A stretch of DNA of 64,000 nucleotides from IMG/VR virus record IMGVR_UViG_3300014775_001776, positions 40,711 to 104,710 of that record; one strand, given 5' to 3'. Positions 32,516 to 42,100 of this stretch are shown one piece after another. The notes beneath the pieces were generated by a model. It was given only the letters and a program-made list of their open reading frames with translations, was not told the DNA's origin and searched no databases. Origin of the DNA: a virus. The position numbers and the translations under genes are program-made. The first letter of the stretch is position 1; each line of letters opens with the position of its first letter.

Positions 32516-32850
32516 TACAAATAATAACAACTGTTGATGAAAACAACCCAGAAATAACTCATGGACGTGGAATTTATGATGTAGTTTCGGATGGTCCAGG
32601 TACATTTAATTATAATGGAAAGATTACAAAAGCCACATTTAGAAACAAAACAAAAAATGGTAGAAATTTTGTTTTGGTGACGAATTTTGATGGGTATGAC
32701 GCATTCATTATTGACTCAGGTAATAATTTCTATGGAGAATTGAAAGGATTATTCTATTATTCAAAGTATGGTGTGTCTGTTCCAAGTTTTAACAACCCTG
32801 AGAGTAAAAATCCTGGAGAAATAAATTGTCAAAATTTATTCGATAATTAA
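32512..32850 (+). CDS. Hypothetical protein, 112 aa
   Basis: ATGA overlap with the protease gene; a single Cys near the C-terminus. Confidence 0.6.
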   Translation: MIQIITTVDENNPEITHGRGIYDVVSDGPGTFNYNGKITKATFRNKTKNGRNFVLVTNFDGYDAFIIDSGNNFYGELKGLFYYSKYGVSVPSFNNPESKNPGEINCQNLFDN

Positions 32851-32861
32851 TTTTAAAATGA

Positions 32862-32869
32862 TATTTATA
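32862..32869 (+). promoter_or_regulatory. TATTTATA motif, putative late promoter
   Basis: 4 nt before the ATG at 32874. Confidence 0.6.
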
Positions 32870-32873
32870 CAAA

Positions 32874-33191
32874 ATGGTAATTATAGAAAAAAATAATAAT
32901 ACTATAAAGTTCGAGGTAACGCAAGATTCGAACGTAGTCAAATTGAATAATATGATTTATAATGGTAACAGTTTAAAATATAAATCATTAAGTCAGGCGG
33001 GAAAAACTATCGAAAGATATGAAATAAATTCTTTAAAATTTAATATTATCGAAGGTGAAGTCTTCGGAAAAACCTCAGACAAAAAAAACTTCAGTGGTAG
33101 AATTAATGAAGTTCTAGAGCTTAAACCACAAAAAGTTCTCCAAGATCTAGGACCTGAATATCAACAGATAAAATTTTGTGGTCACGAGTAA
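32874..33191 (+). CDS. Hypothetical protein, 105 aa
   Basis: Preceded by the TATTTATA motif; ends in FCGHE. Confidence 0.65.
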   Translation: MVIIEKNNNTIKFEVTQDSNVVKLNNMIYNGNSLKYKSLSQAGKTIERYEINSLKFNIIEGEVFGKTSDKKNFSGRINEVLELKPQKVLQDLGPEYQQIKFCGHE

Positions 33192-33194
33192 AAA

Positions 33195-36100
33195 ATGGCT
33201 AATGTAATAATAAGATTGACTATAGGGTCTAATGCTAGAGGTCCATTTAATGTGTATTCAGGATCAACAAGTGATACTCCATTAATAAGTGGTGCATCTA
33301 GATTTGATTTACAAAAAGGTCAGGTAGTTGATTTACCAGGTTCAGTAAACGGTACTGAATATATTATTACAGTTGTTGATACTTTTAGTGAAGAGTATTC
33401 AGAATATGTAGAAAAGAAAATAGTCGTATACGATGATGATGATGAGGAGCAAAGATTGATAAGATCTAATCCTGAGATGACACCAACACCATCTGCCTTA
33501 AGTGATTATGATTTATATCTTTATAGAAAATGTAATTCGGATAATATAGATGTTGAATACAAGTTTTTGAATATCAAAAGAATCTTTGGTAATACTGATT
33601 TTTTGATGTTTGAAAATGAATGTTATGAAAAAGAGGTAGGACCATTAAACGCTAGTCACAAACATCCATATATCGAAAACAATTTTTACAATTCATGTAA
33701 TGAGTGTTATATCGAAAGAACTAAAGAATTCAATGAAAAAAGTATTGCCCCACCACCGACATATTATGCGGTTAAGGCGGTAAAATGTTGTGATGAAGGA
33801 CATTCTGGACAAGCTGAATTGTACTACTTTAATGTAAATTTTTCTTTTTTCCTTTCAAATCCATTTATTTCGCCTAGTCCTAGTAACTTTACAAATTACG
33901 TATTTAATTATGGTGGTGAATGTTATAGAATTTTACAGGCGTATAATTTTGCATTTGCTTTTATGCCTAATATTACCGGTAATTTTTTCAAAAAATGTTC
34001 AGATTGTATTGGACGAAATGGATGTCCCACCGCCTATTTAGCAATCTCCTGTGACGAGAGTTTAAATCTTCAAATGATAGTACAGATAGGTGAGGATATA
34101 TTAGATTTTGTCCCAGGATCTAATCCACCTCAACTATCTAGTCAAAACGTCTATATATACGAAGGAATATGTTATCAGATAATTGAGCCAGTTAATCAGG
34201 CCCCAACATCACAAAATATTGATGTGTCAGATTTGTATGTTCCAGGTATAAAATGTAGCGTATGTGAGGAACCAGTATTATGGTCGTATATTTTGAAAAA
34301 ATGTTGTGGAACTTACAGTGATCCTAATGTATATTTTATTTCATCAACCCAAGACCATTATGTTGGTGAGGCAATTTATTGGAATGGAGACTGTTATAAA
34401 ATAATTGATGTATTCGAAGAGGACTTAGGTTACGAATGGGGTGGGAATCAATTCTTTAATGATTGTGATGAGTGTTATGAAGAGTCCCCGGCTCATATTT
34501 GCCCAACTCCAACACAAACAGTCACGCCGTCAACCACAATGACAACACCGACTCCTACCACTACACCAACTTATACCCCTACTAATTCATTGACTGCCTC
34601 AATAACCCCAACACCCACAAAAATTAAATTTAAGGTAAGAATAAAAAAATGTTGTGCAACATATAATGATGTACAACAATATATTGAGTTAAGTTATGGT
34701 TTAGGAACATTAGTTCCTGCTGCGGGGCATGTAATACCATATCTAGGTACTTGTTGGAGAATAGTGCAAATTAACACTGGTTCTGGTCCAGAAGTTTTTG
34801 TACCTCCTATATTAGTTTATGTAAATGATGATCCGGATACTGCTTGTACTGAGTGTATTGCCCAGGGTAGTTACAGTTGTGATTCATTATATTTTACTGG
34901 TTGTACAACAGGTCAATTATATAGAATTAATGGTACTGGTGGTAATGCTGATTATATTCCTGGTCAAACATACTATTTTCCAGCGGCACCACCATTCAAT
35001 ATAGAGTTAACCTATGGAACTGATTATTGTTTTACAAATGTTATTCAAACAAATACACCTCCAAGTAATTCATATATTACATTAACTTATCTTGGTTATC
35101 CACAATATCCTGAGATTGTTAATTGTGAAGACGAACAATGCGTATATATCCCACCAACCCCCACACCTACTGTGACAATTACACCTACACAAATTATAAT
35201 GTATATAAAATTAAGAAGATGTTGTGGTGGTACGTATGAATTTTGGAGAAGAGTATATTTACCTAACAATTATGAAGTTGGTGATGTAATAAGAATGCAA
35301 AATAACATCAATTGTTTTCAAATAATTCAAACTTCATTATCTCAACCCTCTGGTAACCTTCCTGAATTTGCTAATATACAATTTCATTATTCAGATGGTG
35401 ATGTATTAGAAAATTGTGCAGAATGTGTTTGTGATGCTGACCCTGATTGTAACAACCCAGATCTTGCTTGTACACCTCCAGTAACTGAAACTCCTGCAGT
35501 TACTCCTTCGATAACGCCAAGTCCATCAAGACAAAAGGCTATAACTGTTCCTTGTTGTGAAGTTGATGAAGATTTGTATCCTAATGCCATCTCAATCGTC
35601 CAATTTTATGTACCACTTGATGCTGAAATAGGTGATGTAATATATTATGAGCTTTATCCAGTACAAGCACAAATGATAGGTACCTGTTTTAGAATAATTG
35701 AGTTGTTACCTATGACAGAACAATATCCAGGGTATCCATATACACCAACAAATAATACAATAATTCCTCAATATAGTAGTGGTGTTCACGCCTGTCAAAA
35801 TTGTATAAATGAACACCCATGTCCAATAGAACCATCTGCTACACCAACACCAACGGGAACACCAGTACAAACCCCAACACCTTCCGAAGTTTCAGTTGTA
35901 TTACCGCCTACAGGCGGAGTTAGTGGTAATCCACAATGTCCTATACAGCCATGCTTAACATTCGATCAAAATTTACCTAGAATCGAGGATGTAGCATTAG
36001 GTAGAGCATGTTGTTCATTTTCAGAAAGAAGACTTAGGATAATGTATTTAATAGATGTTCCTAATACTATTAATGTCCCCGGACCAAACGGTGTAATTCC

Positions 36101-39077
36101 TGATCAAGAAAAGACATATTTCAAAAATATGATGACATCAAATGAATGGTCAACATTATTAAATTTTATAGGAACTAATTACACATATCTTTGGGATCCT
36201 ACTATACCGAGTAATCCTTGGTCTAACCAAACAGATGGTTATGGATATGCTCAAGTAGCTTCTTTACCATTTATTCCTGTGTACGATCCGCAGGATGTGA
36301 CATATCAAGAATCTGTTGATAGAGTTGCATATGCCCCACAATATAATTCTTGGATTTACTTTTTAACTCCAGTAACTCAACAAAGTGGAGCATTTTTTAG
36401 TTTAGTATCACAGGAGGCACTTAGTCCTGATTATGGATTCGGCCCTGTAAATGCTGAAACACATACAACTGCTCTTGATACAATTCTTAAAGAAAGATAT
36501 GGGAATAATTTACCTGCAGGATTATTAAAAATAATTGGTACATTAAACTCAGTAAAAAATTTAGAAAATTGGAAGTTAGGAGGTGATCAAGATGAAGGTA
36601 CATATGATGGTTTAGGAAATCAAACTGAACATATACTTTCATATCCTTTGGTTGTGGATGATCTTGAATTCCCCTGTGAAAATAGCTATTGGGGAATAGA
36701 TGAAAATCAGTTTAATCCTAGAATAGCTAAAAAAATTGTGTTATTTATTCTAGATCCAAATTCTTATAATGGTAATGCATTAACTTGGGGACCAAACACA
36801 CACTTGACAGATGAGGATGGTGTTTTTGTTGGAACAAATAAAGTTAATGACCCGTTATTTACGTGGTTCCAAACTAGATTTATTGTTGAAGGTATGCAAT
36901 CACCATTTGCAGGTAAATTAGGAAATGCTCTTGATCCTGCATTAGGAATCGAAGATCCTAATGATCTTCCTGATGATCCTACTTCTAGTGTAGTTTACCA
37001 TACTGAAATAATTGCGGTAGGAATTGGGGAGGGTGCAGAATGGGAACATCTCGAAGATCTAGCGTCGTACCCAGACTATGTTCATAAGGTATCGGATATT
37101 GGACAATTAAACGATTTAACATTTGCTGAAAATTTAAACTGTCAAATCAAACAAAATCTTTGTGATCGAGATAGATTTGGATTTTTGTGGCTTAGTGGAT
37201 TAACTACTGGATTTATTTATGAATTTAATCCAGAAACAAATTTTTATAATTATTATACCAATACAATTCAAGAAGGTCCACTAGGATATTTCACTATAGG
37301 TGACATAGTATCAGGTAAAACATATGTGAAAAATTACGGAAATCCACCAGGATTGGATCTAACTGTTTGTGGTGACATGAGAAAGAATAGACATTTTGCA
37401 GTCACACAAGATGGTGAACTAATTGAAAATTGGGAGACTAAATATAGAGTAGTTTCGTATAAAGAGGTATATGAAACTGGAAAGTTCAATTATCATGATT
37501 GGTGGAGAACGCAACCAATTCATAAATTACTTACTTGTTCATCGGTCGATGCGTCTAGTGAGTCTAGTTCAACATATTTAAAGATTGATTATTTCTTTAA
37601 TAAATTATATGAATACGGTTATGACTGTGAGACACCTGGATGTAAGTATGATATAAATCCCCCTACATTACCAATACCTGCGGGTGCTGATGAACCAGAA
37701 GAATATCAATCATTTAGTGGTACCCTTAAAGTTAGAATTGACGTTGCTCAAGACGTAATAGAATTGGCTAATGAAAGTGGAATAAATATATTATCACAGG
37801 CTATAGATTGTGGTGAACTATTAAAAGAAGTTATAGAAAATACTCCTGAATGTAATTTCGATGTAGAATATGAAGTTATACTCCATACGACTAATGATTT
37901 AAATGGTTTAGATAGATTTGATTATGAATGTTGGTTAAAAGAAACCACTGAAACACCAACAAGTTCTGGTAGTATTATAGACACTGGATTCCATAAAGGT
38001 TGTATATTTACGACACATTCGCCAAATCCAGGTACAGTGGGAATTGCTACATTACCTGGTTTTGTTTGTCAAATGTGTTGTACATCTCAATTTATATTAG
38101 AATTAGATATTTTTGAATCGGCATTTGTACACGAAATGGGACACACATTTGGGTTACACCATACATTTATTTGTGATAGATGGCAAAAGGAATATCCGGA
38201 ATTAGAAAAAGAAACTTTAGATAATGTATTACCCTTCAACACTTTTAGTGAATGTTTAGAGTGCGGTGATTACCAACCATATTTTGAGGAGACTAATGGT
38301 AAAGCAGCAATTATGTCTTATTTTGGATATAGGGTTGATATGTGTGGATCGGTGAGAAATACTTTTGGACCTTTAGATGATGATTATGTACCTGATTTGG
38401 GTTATAAATATGTAGTATCTACACCTGCAGGTAATGCGAATATAAATGACTTTATATTTGATCCATTTAGAACCCAAAACTATGTAAATATAGTTGGATT
38501 AGATAAGAAGGCTAATATAACATACAATAAATTTGTACTAGACAACGAGTTCGAATTTGGAAATCCTCAAATCCAGAGTATACAAATCAATTTCAAGATT
38601 ATAGGTAATTCAAATGGGATGGGAAATGATTTTACAAATCTTACAGCAAAAATCATTAATTCTTCAGGTGGTGTCTATCAATTCTACAGTAAAGGTATAA
38701 ACGCACTTGCTAGTGGAGTTATAAATAATGTAACATATACTATTTCATCAACAGCAAATCCTTATTTATATTTATTTGACTACTCAAATCAAGAGGGTTT
38801 TGGTGTTAGATTCGAGCATGAATTCCTAGATGAATCCCAAAATAATTGGACTTTCATAATTCGTGATTTGAATATGACATTCAATTTTAGTAATGGTACT
38901 AGTCTCAATAAAAAAGCAAAAGATTATTATAACATACTTCAAGATTCAACAGGATCTTACCAAATGAAAGCAACTGATACTGAAATGTACGTTGCACAAA
39001 GATTTACATCATATGAAGGGAAAATAATTCAATTCTACATGGATATGAATAAAAATTACTTCGATTATTTAAATTAA
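33195..39077 (+). CDS. Mosaic protein: shared N-terminal domain, about 8 Cys modules with Thr-Pro linkers, degenerate vWA, C-terminal metzincin protease
   Basis: 1960 aa; IIAVGIG...LEDLASYPDYVHKVSDIGQL vWA C-terminal signature; HEMGHTFGLHHTF (38130) with AIMSY. Confidence 0.82.
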   Translation: MANVIIRLTIGSNARGPFNVYSGSTSDTPLISGASRFDLQKGQVVDLPGSVNGTEYIITVVDTFSEEYSEYVEKKIVVYDDDDEEQRLIRSNPEMTPTPSALSDYDLYLYRKCNSDNIDVEYKFLNIKRIFGNTDFLMFENECYEKEVGPLNASHKHPYIENNFYNSCNECYIERTKEFNEKSIAPPPTYYAVKAVKCCDEGHSGQAELYYFNVNFSFFLSNPFISPSPSNFTNYVFNYGGECYRILQAYNFAFAFMPNITGNFFKKCSDCIGRNGCPTAYLAISCDESLNLQMIVQIGEDILDFVPGSNPPQLSSQNVYIYEGICYQIIEPVNQAPTSQNIDVSDLYVPGIKCSVCEEPVLWSYILKKCCGTYSDPNVYFISSTQDHYVGEAIYWNGDCYKIIDVFEEDLGYEWGGNQFFNDCDECYEESPAHICPTPTQTVTPSTTMTTPTPTTTPTYTPTNSLTASITPTPTKIKFKVRIKKCCATYNDVQQYIELSYGLGTLVPAAGHVIPYLGTCWRIVQINTGSGPEVFVPPILVYVNDDPDTACTECIAQGSYSCDSLYFTGCTTGQLYRINGTGGNADYIPGQTYYFPAAPPFNIELTYGTDYCFTNVIQTNTPPSNSYITLTYLGYPQYPEIVNCEDEQCVYIPPTPTPTVTITPTQIIMYIKLRRCCGGTYEFWRRVYLPNNYEVGDVIRMQNNINCFQIIQTSLSQPSGNLPEFANIQFHYSDGDVLENCAECVCDADPDCNNPDLACTPPVTETPAVTPSITPSPSRQKAITVPCCEVDEDLYPNAISIVQFYVPLDAEIGDVIYYELYPVQAQMIGTCFRIIELLPMTEQYPGYPYTPTNNTIIPQYSSGVHACQNCINEHPCPIEPSATPTPTGTPVQTPTPSEVSVVLPPTGGVSGNPQCPIQPCLTFDQNLPRIEDVALGRACCSFSERRLRIMYLIDVPNTINVPGPNGVIPDQEKTYFKNMMTSNEWSTLLNFIGTNYTYLWDPTIPSNPWSNQTDGYGYAQVASLPFIPVYDPQDVTYQESVDRVAYAPQYNSWIYFLTPVTQQSGAFFSLVSQEALSPDYGFGPVNAETHTTALDTILKERYGNNLPAGLLKIIGTLNSVKNLENWKLGGDQDEGTYDGLGNQTEHILSYPLVVDDLEFPCENSYWGIDENQFNPRIAKKIVLFILDPNSYNGNALTWGPNTHLTDEDGVFVGTNKVNDPLFTWFQTRFIVEGMQSPFAGKLGNALDPALGIEDPNDLPDDPTSSVVYHTEIIAVGIGEGAEWEHLEDLASYPDYVHKVSDIGQLNDLTFAENLNCQIKQNLCDRDRFGFLWLSGLTTGFIYEFNPETNFYNYYTNTIQEGPLGYFTIGDIVSGKTYVKNYGNPPGLDLTVCGDMRKNRHFAVTQDGELIENWETKYRVVSYKEVYETGKFNYHDWWRTQPIHKLLTCSSVDASSESSSTYLKIDYFFNKLYEYGYDCETPGCKYDINPPTLPIPAGADEPEEYQSFSGTLKVRIDVAQDVIELANESGINILSQAIDCGELLKEVIENTPECNFDVEYEVILHTTNDLNGLDRFDYECWLKETTETPTSSGSIIDTGFHKGCIFTTHSPNPGTVGIATLPGFVCQMCCTSQFILELDIFESAFVHEMGHTFGLHHTFICDRWQKEYPELEKETLDNVLPFNTFSECLECGDYQPYFEETNGKAAIMSYFGYRVDMCGSVRNTFGPLDDDYVPDLGYKYVVSTPAGNANINDFIFDPFRTQNYVNIVGLDKKANITYNKFVLDNEFEFGNPQIQSIQINFKIIGNSNGMGNDFTNLTAKIINSSGGVYQFYSKGINALASGVINNVTYTISSTANPYLYLFDYSNQEGFGVRFEHEFLDESQNNWTFIIRDLNMTFNFSNGTSLNKKAKDYYNILQDSTGSYQMKATDTEMYVAQRFTSYEGKIIQFYMDMNKNYFDYLN

Positions 39078-39108
39078 AAAAAAAATAAATAACATTCTAC
39101 TTTAGTAA

Positions 39109-39116
39109 TATTTATA
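39109..39116 (+). promoter_or_regulatory. TATTTATA motif, putative late promoter
   Basis: 4 nt before the ATG at 39121. Confidence 0.6.
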
Positions 39117-39120
39117 TTTG

Positions 39121-42100
39121 ATGGCACAGGTAATAATCAGACTCACACTTTCTTCGAATGCAATTGGTCCATTCGATATACACACTGGTTCCACTGCAAC
39201 ATCACCTATAGCTTTAAATTTAACTAGAGATCAATTGATTTATGGTCAAATTGTTGAATTAGACGGATCAGAAGAGGGTACTCGATACGATCTTTTCATA
39301 GTTAGTAAAGAAACAGATTGTGGAAACGTAATCGAAAAAGAGATTATTGTTTATGATGATGAAACTACTAGACAGAAAGACAGAGTACCAACAGTGACAC
39401 CGAGTCCTACGGTTTTACCTGAAGACTATAGCCTTTATTTATTTAACAGTGTCTGTGCGGATTTTGGAGAAACACAGACAATATTTTTGAATATACCTGA
39501 TAGTGATTCTTTCGGTGATATTGTAAGTTACAATGATGTGTGTTGGAAAAAAGTTGCGGGTCCACTAGATTTAGATTATAGACATCCAGTCATAAGTTCT
39601 TCTTACTCAGACAAAGATGCTTGTTTGACTGAAAATCCATGTGAAGATATGTATAAAACAATCCAAGCATCTAAATGTTGTGATTCTAATTTTTCTACGA
39701 CCTTAAATGTACCGTCAAAATTACAAGTTGGGCAAACATTTATTTATGAAGGTCAATGTTGGATAAACGAACAAATTTTATCAAAAACAAGTACAATTGG
39801 ATTTCCAAGGGTACAAGATCAACAGTTTTATGAGGATTGTTTTTCATGTTTGTCAGTAAGACCATGTTATTTTGCCTATGAGTGTGTACCCTGTTGCGGA
39901 GATCAAACAACTGAATATTTCAATATTCCATTTACTAATTTGGATACCAACATAACACATGTTAGTTACAATAATACGTGTTATAGTGTTGTATCTCTAT
40001 TTGCTAATTATGAAATTTCGACTTATCCAAGAATTGATGAAAGAAGAATTTATGATAGTTGTGCTAGTTGCAGAAACGTATTTCCATGTATAAACTTTTA
40101 TTTATTCTCAGCTAAAAAATGCTGTGATGGAAGTTCAGGAGATACCTACTTTAAATTATTAGTAAATGAATCAAACCTTGATGAAACATTCTACTTCTCT
40201 TATGAAGAAGAATGTTATTATTCAGATCAGTTTATATCAATTACTTTAAGTGACTTCGAAGGTGATAACATACCAGAGATTACTAATTTCTATACATCAT
40301 GTAATACATGTCAAGGTCTTTATGGGTGTACCCCATCTCTTACACCTACATATACCCCAACTAATACAGTTCCTATTACCTATTATACTATTGTGTGTAG
40401 TCAGGGATGTTGTGGTGATTATGAAGACTGGATTATATTCAGAATAGATTCAAATCTAGAACCCGAACAAGATAAAGTAGTTAATTTTGAGAATAGTTGT
40501 TTTGTTATAGAAAGTGTTCTTGAGTATCAAGTCCAAAGTGACTTTCCAATTGTTGAATTAATTTACGACAATTGTGATAGTTGTTCAACATTATATCCAT
40601 GTCCTACACCAACCCCCACTGTTACATTAACACAAAGCTCATCATTGAAACATGTTTATATACAAAGATGTTGTCCCGCCCAATATCAAGTACAAGTCGT
40701 AGTTCAGACAGATGAAAACGCCACAATTGGTGATATTATAGTTGTTGATGGTAAATGTCATACAATTATTGGTCTCGATGCTCCTGATACAGGGGACTAT
40801 CATCCTGTAAGTAATTATAGTCAGTGTAGTGACTGTGAAACGGATTATCCATGTCCTACGCCTACACCAACTTTACCATTAAGTCCTACAGTGACAAGAA
40901 CAAATACTCCAACACCTACAAATACCTCTACATATACACAAACACCCACAGCCTCTGGGGAAGTTTTTATTGATGTGGATTTTGGTGTTGAGTATGAAAC
41001 TGGATCAACGATTGCTAATTTTAGCATTTGTGCGACTACCGTAGTTACTGAAGTTACAACTATTAATTTTGATAATATCTTATACCTTGCAAGTGATCCA
41101 ACTAAAACAGAAAGATTAAGTGTAAGAGTTGATATTTTAGCAGGTGAAACTGAAGGAACTGCACAAGTCACATCTACTAAAGATCTATCACTTTTTATTC
41201 CATATCAAACTTCATATGAAAATATAAGATCTGATAGGGGTAATTCATTAAGAACAATTAACAAATATGCAAAAGTTGTATTCCCAGAAACTGCGCCAAT
41301 TACAGCAGGTTATCAATTTGCAAATTGTTGCTGGACAGACATAAAAAATGGTCCGCCTGAATTTGTTTATGCCTTTGTTGATGCTACACAAATTAATGGA
41401 TGGATATCACTAGGATATGGTATAACCTATAGTGGTGAATGTTATTATCCAAGATCTTTAGGAACACCAGGTCCAACTGATATTAGTTTGGGTACTATTT
41501 GGGGTCCAGATAATAAAGGATGTACTGATGTAAACTGTGCTTGTGTTACCCCTACTCCGACTAGAACAAGTACGCCAACACCTACACCAACTAATACTGT
41601 TACGGCAACAATTACTAAAACGCCTCAACAAACACAATCACTAACACCTTCTCCAACTAGAACTCCAGTTGCTACGGTTACAAAAACACCTGCAGTTACA
41701 ACTACACCAGTCATGTCCTACAATTGCTGGACTGCATTTTCATGTTGTTCACCAGAATCACAATTAATATCACTACCAACTATTGTTTCAGGTAATACAT
41801 TCTCGTCAGGTGATTATATTACACTAAGTGGTATTTGTTACCAATTAGGTACAATAGCGACTTCTGGAGTTTGTCCTGTTAATTCAAATTATGGTAATTA
41901 TGATAACTTAACGTATACTAGTTGTACAGACTGTAATTTTTCTAATCCATGTGTAACACCAACACCTACAAGAACAGTTACGCCGACTCAATCAAATACA
42001 CCTACTTATACATATACAAATACATCCACTCCTACAATAACTGCAACAGTTTCTGTGGGATCGGATATAAGTCCAACACCAACACATACACCAACTATTA

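Noticed and set aside
39076-39085. A10 homopolymer after ORF 33195 as a phase-variation or terminator element
   Set aside because: It is essentially intergenic, has no adjacent stem and is unremarkable in an AT-rich genome.
39118-39120. TTG start for the 2891-aa ORF as given in the track
   Set aside because: The adjacent ATG at 39121 matches the paralogous N-terminus of ORF 33195 and the 4-nt motif spacing.
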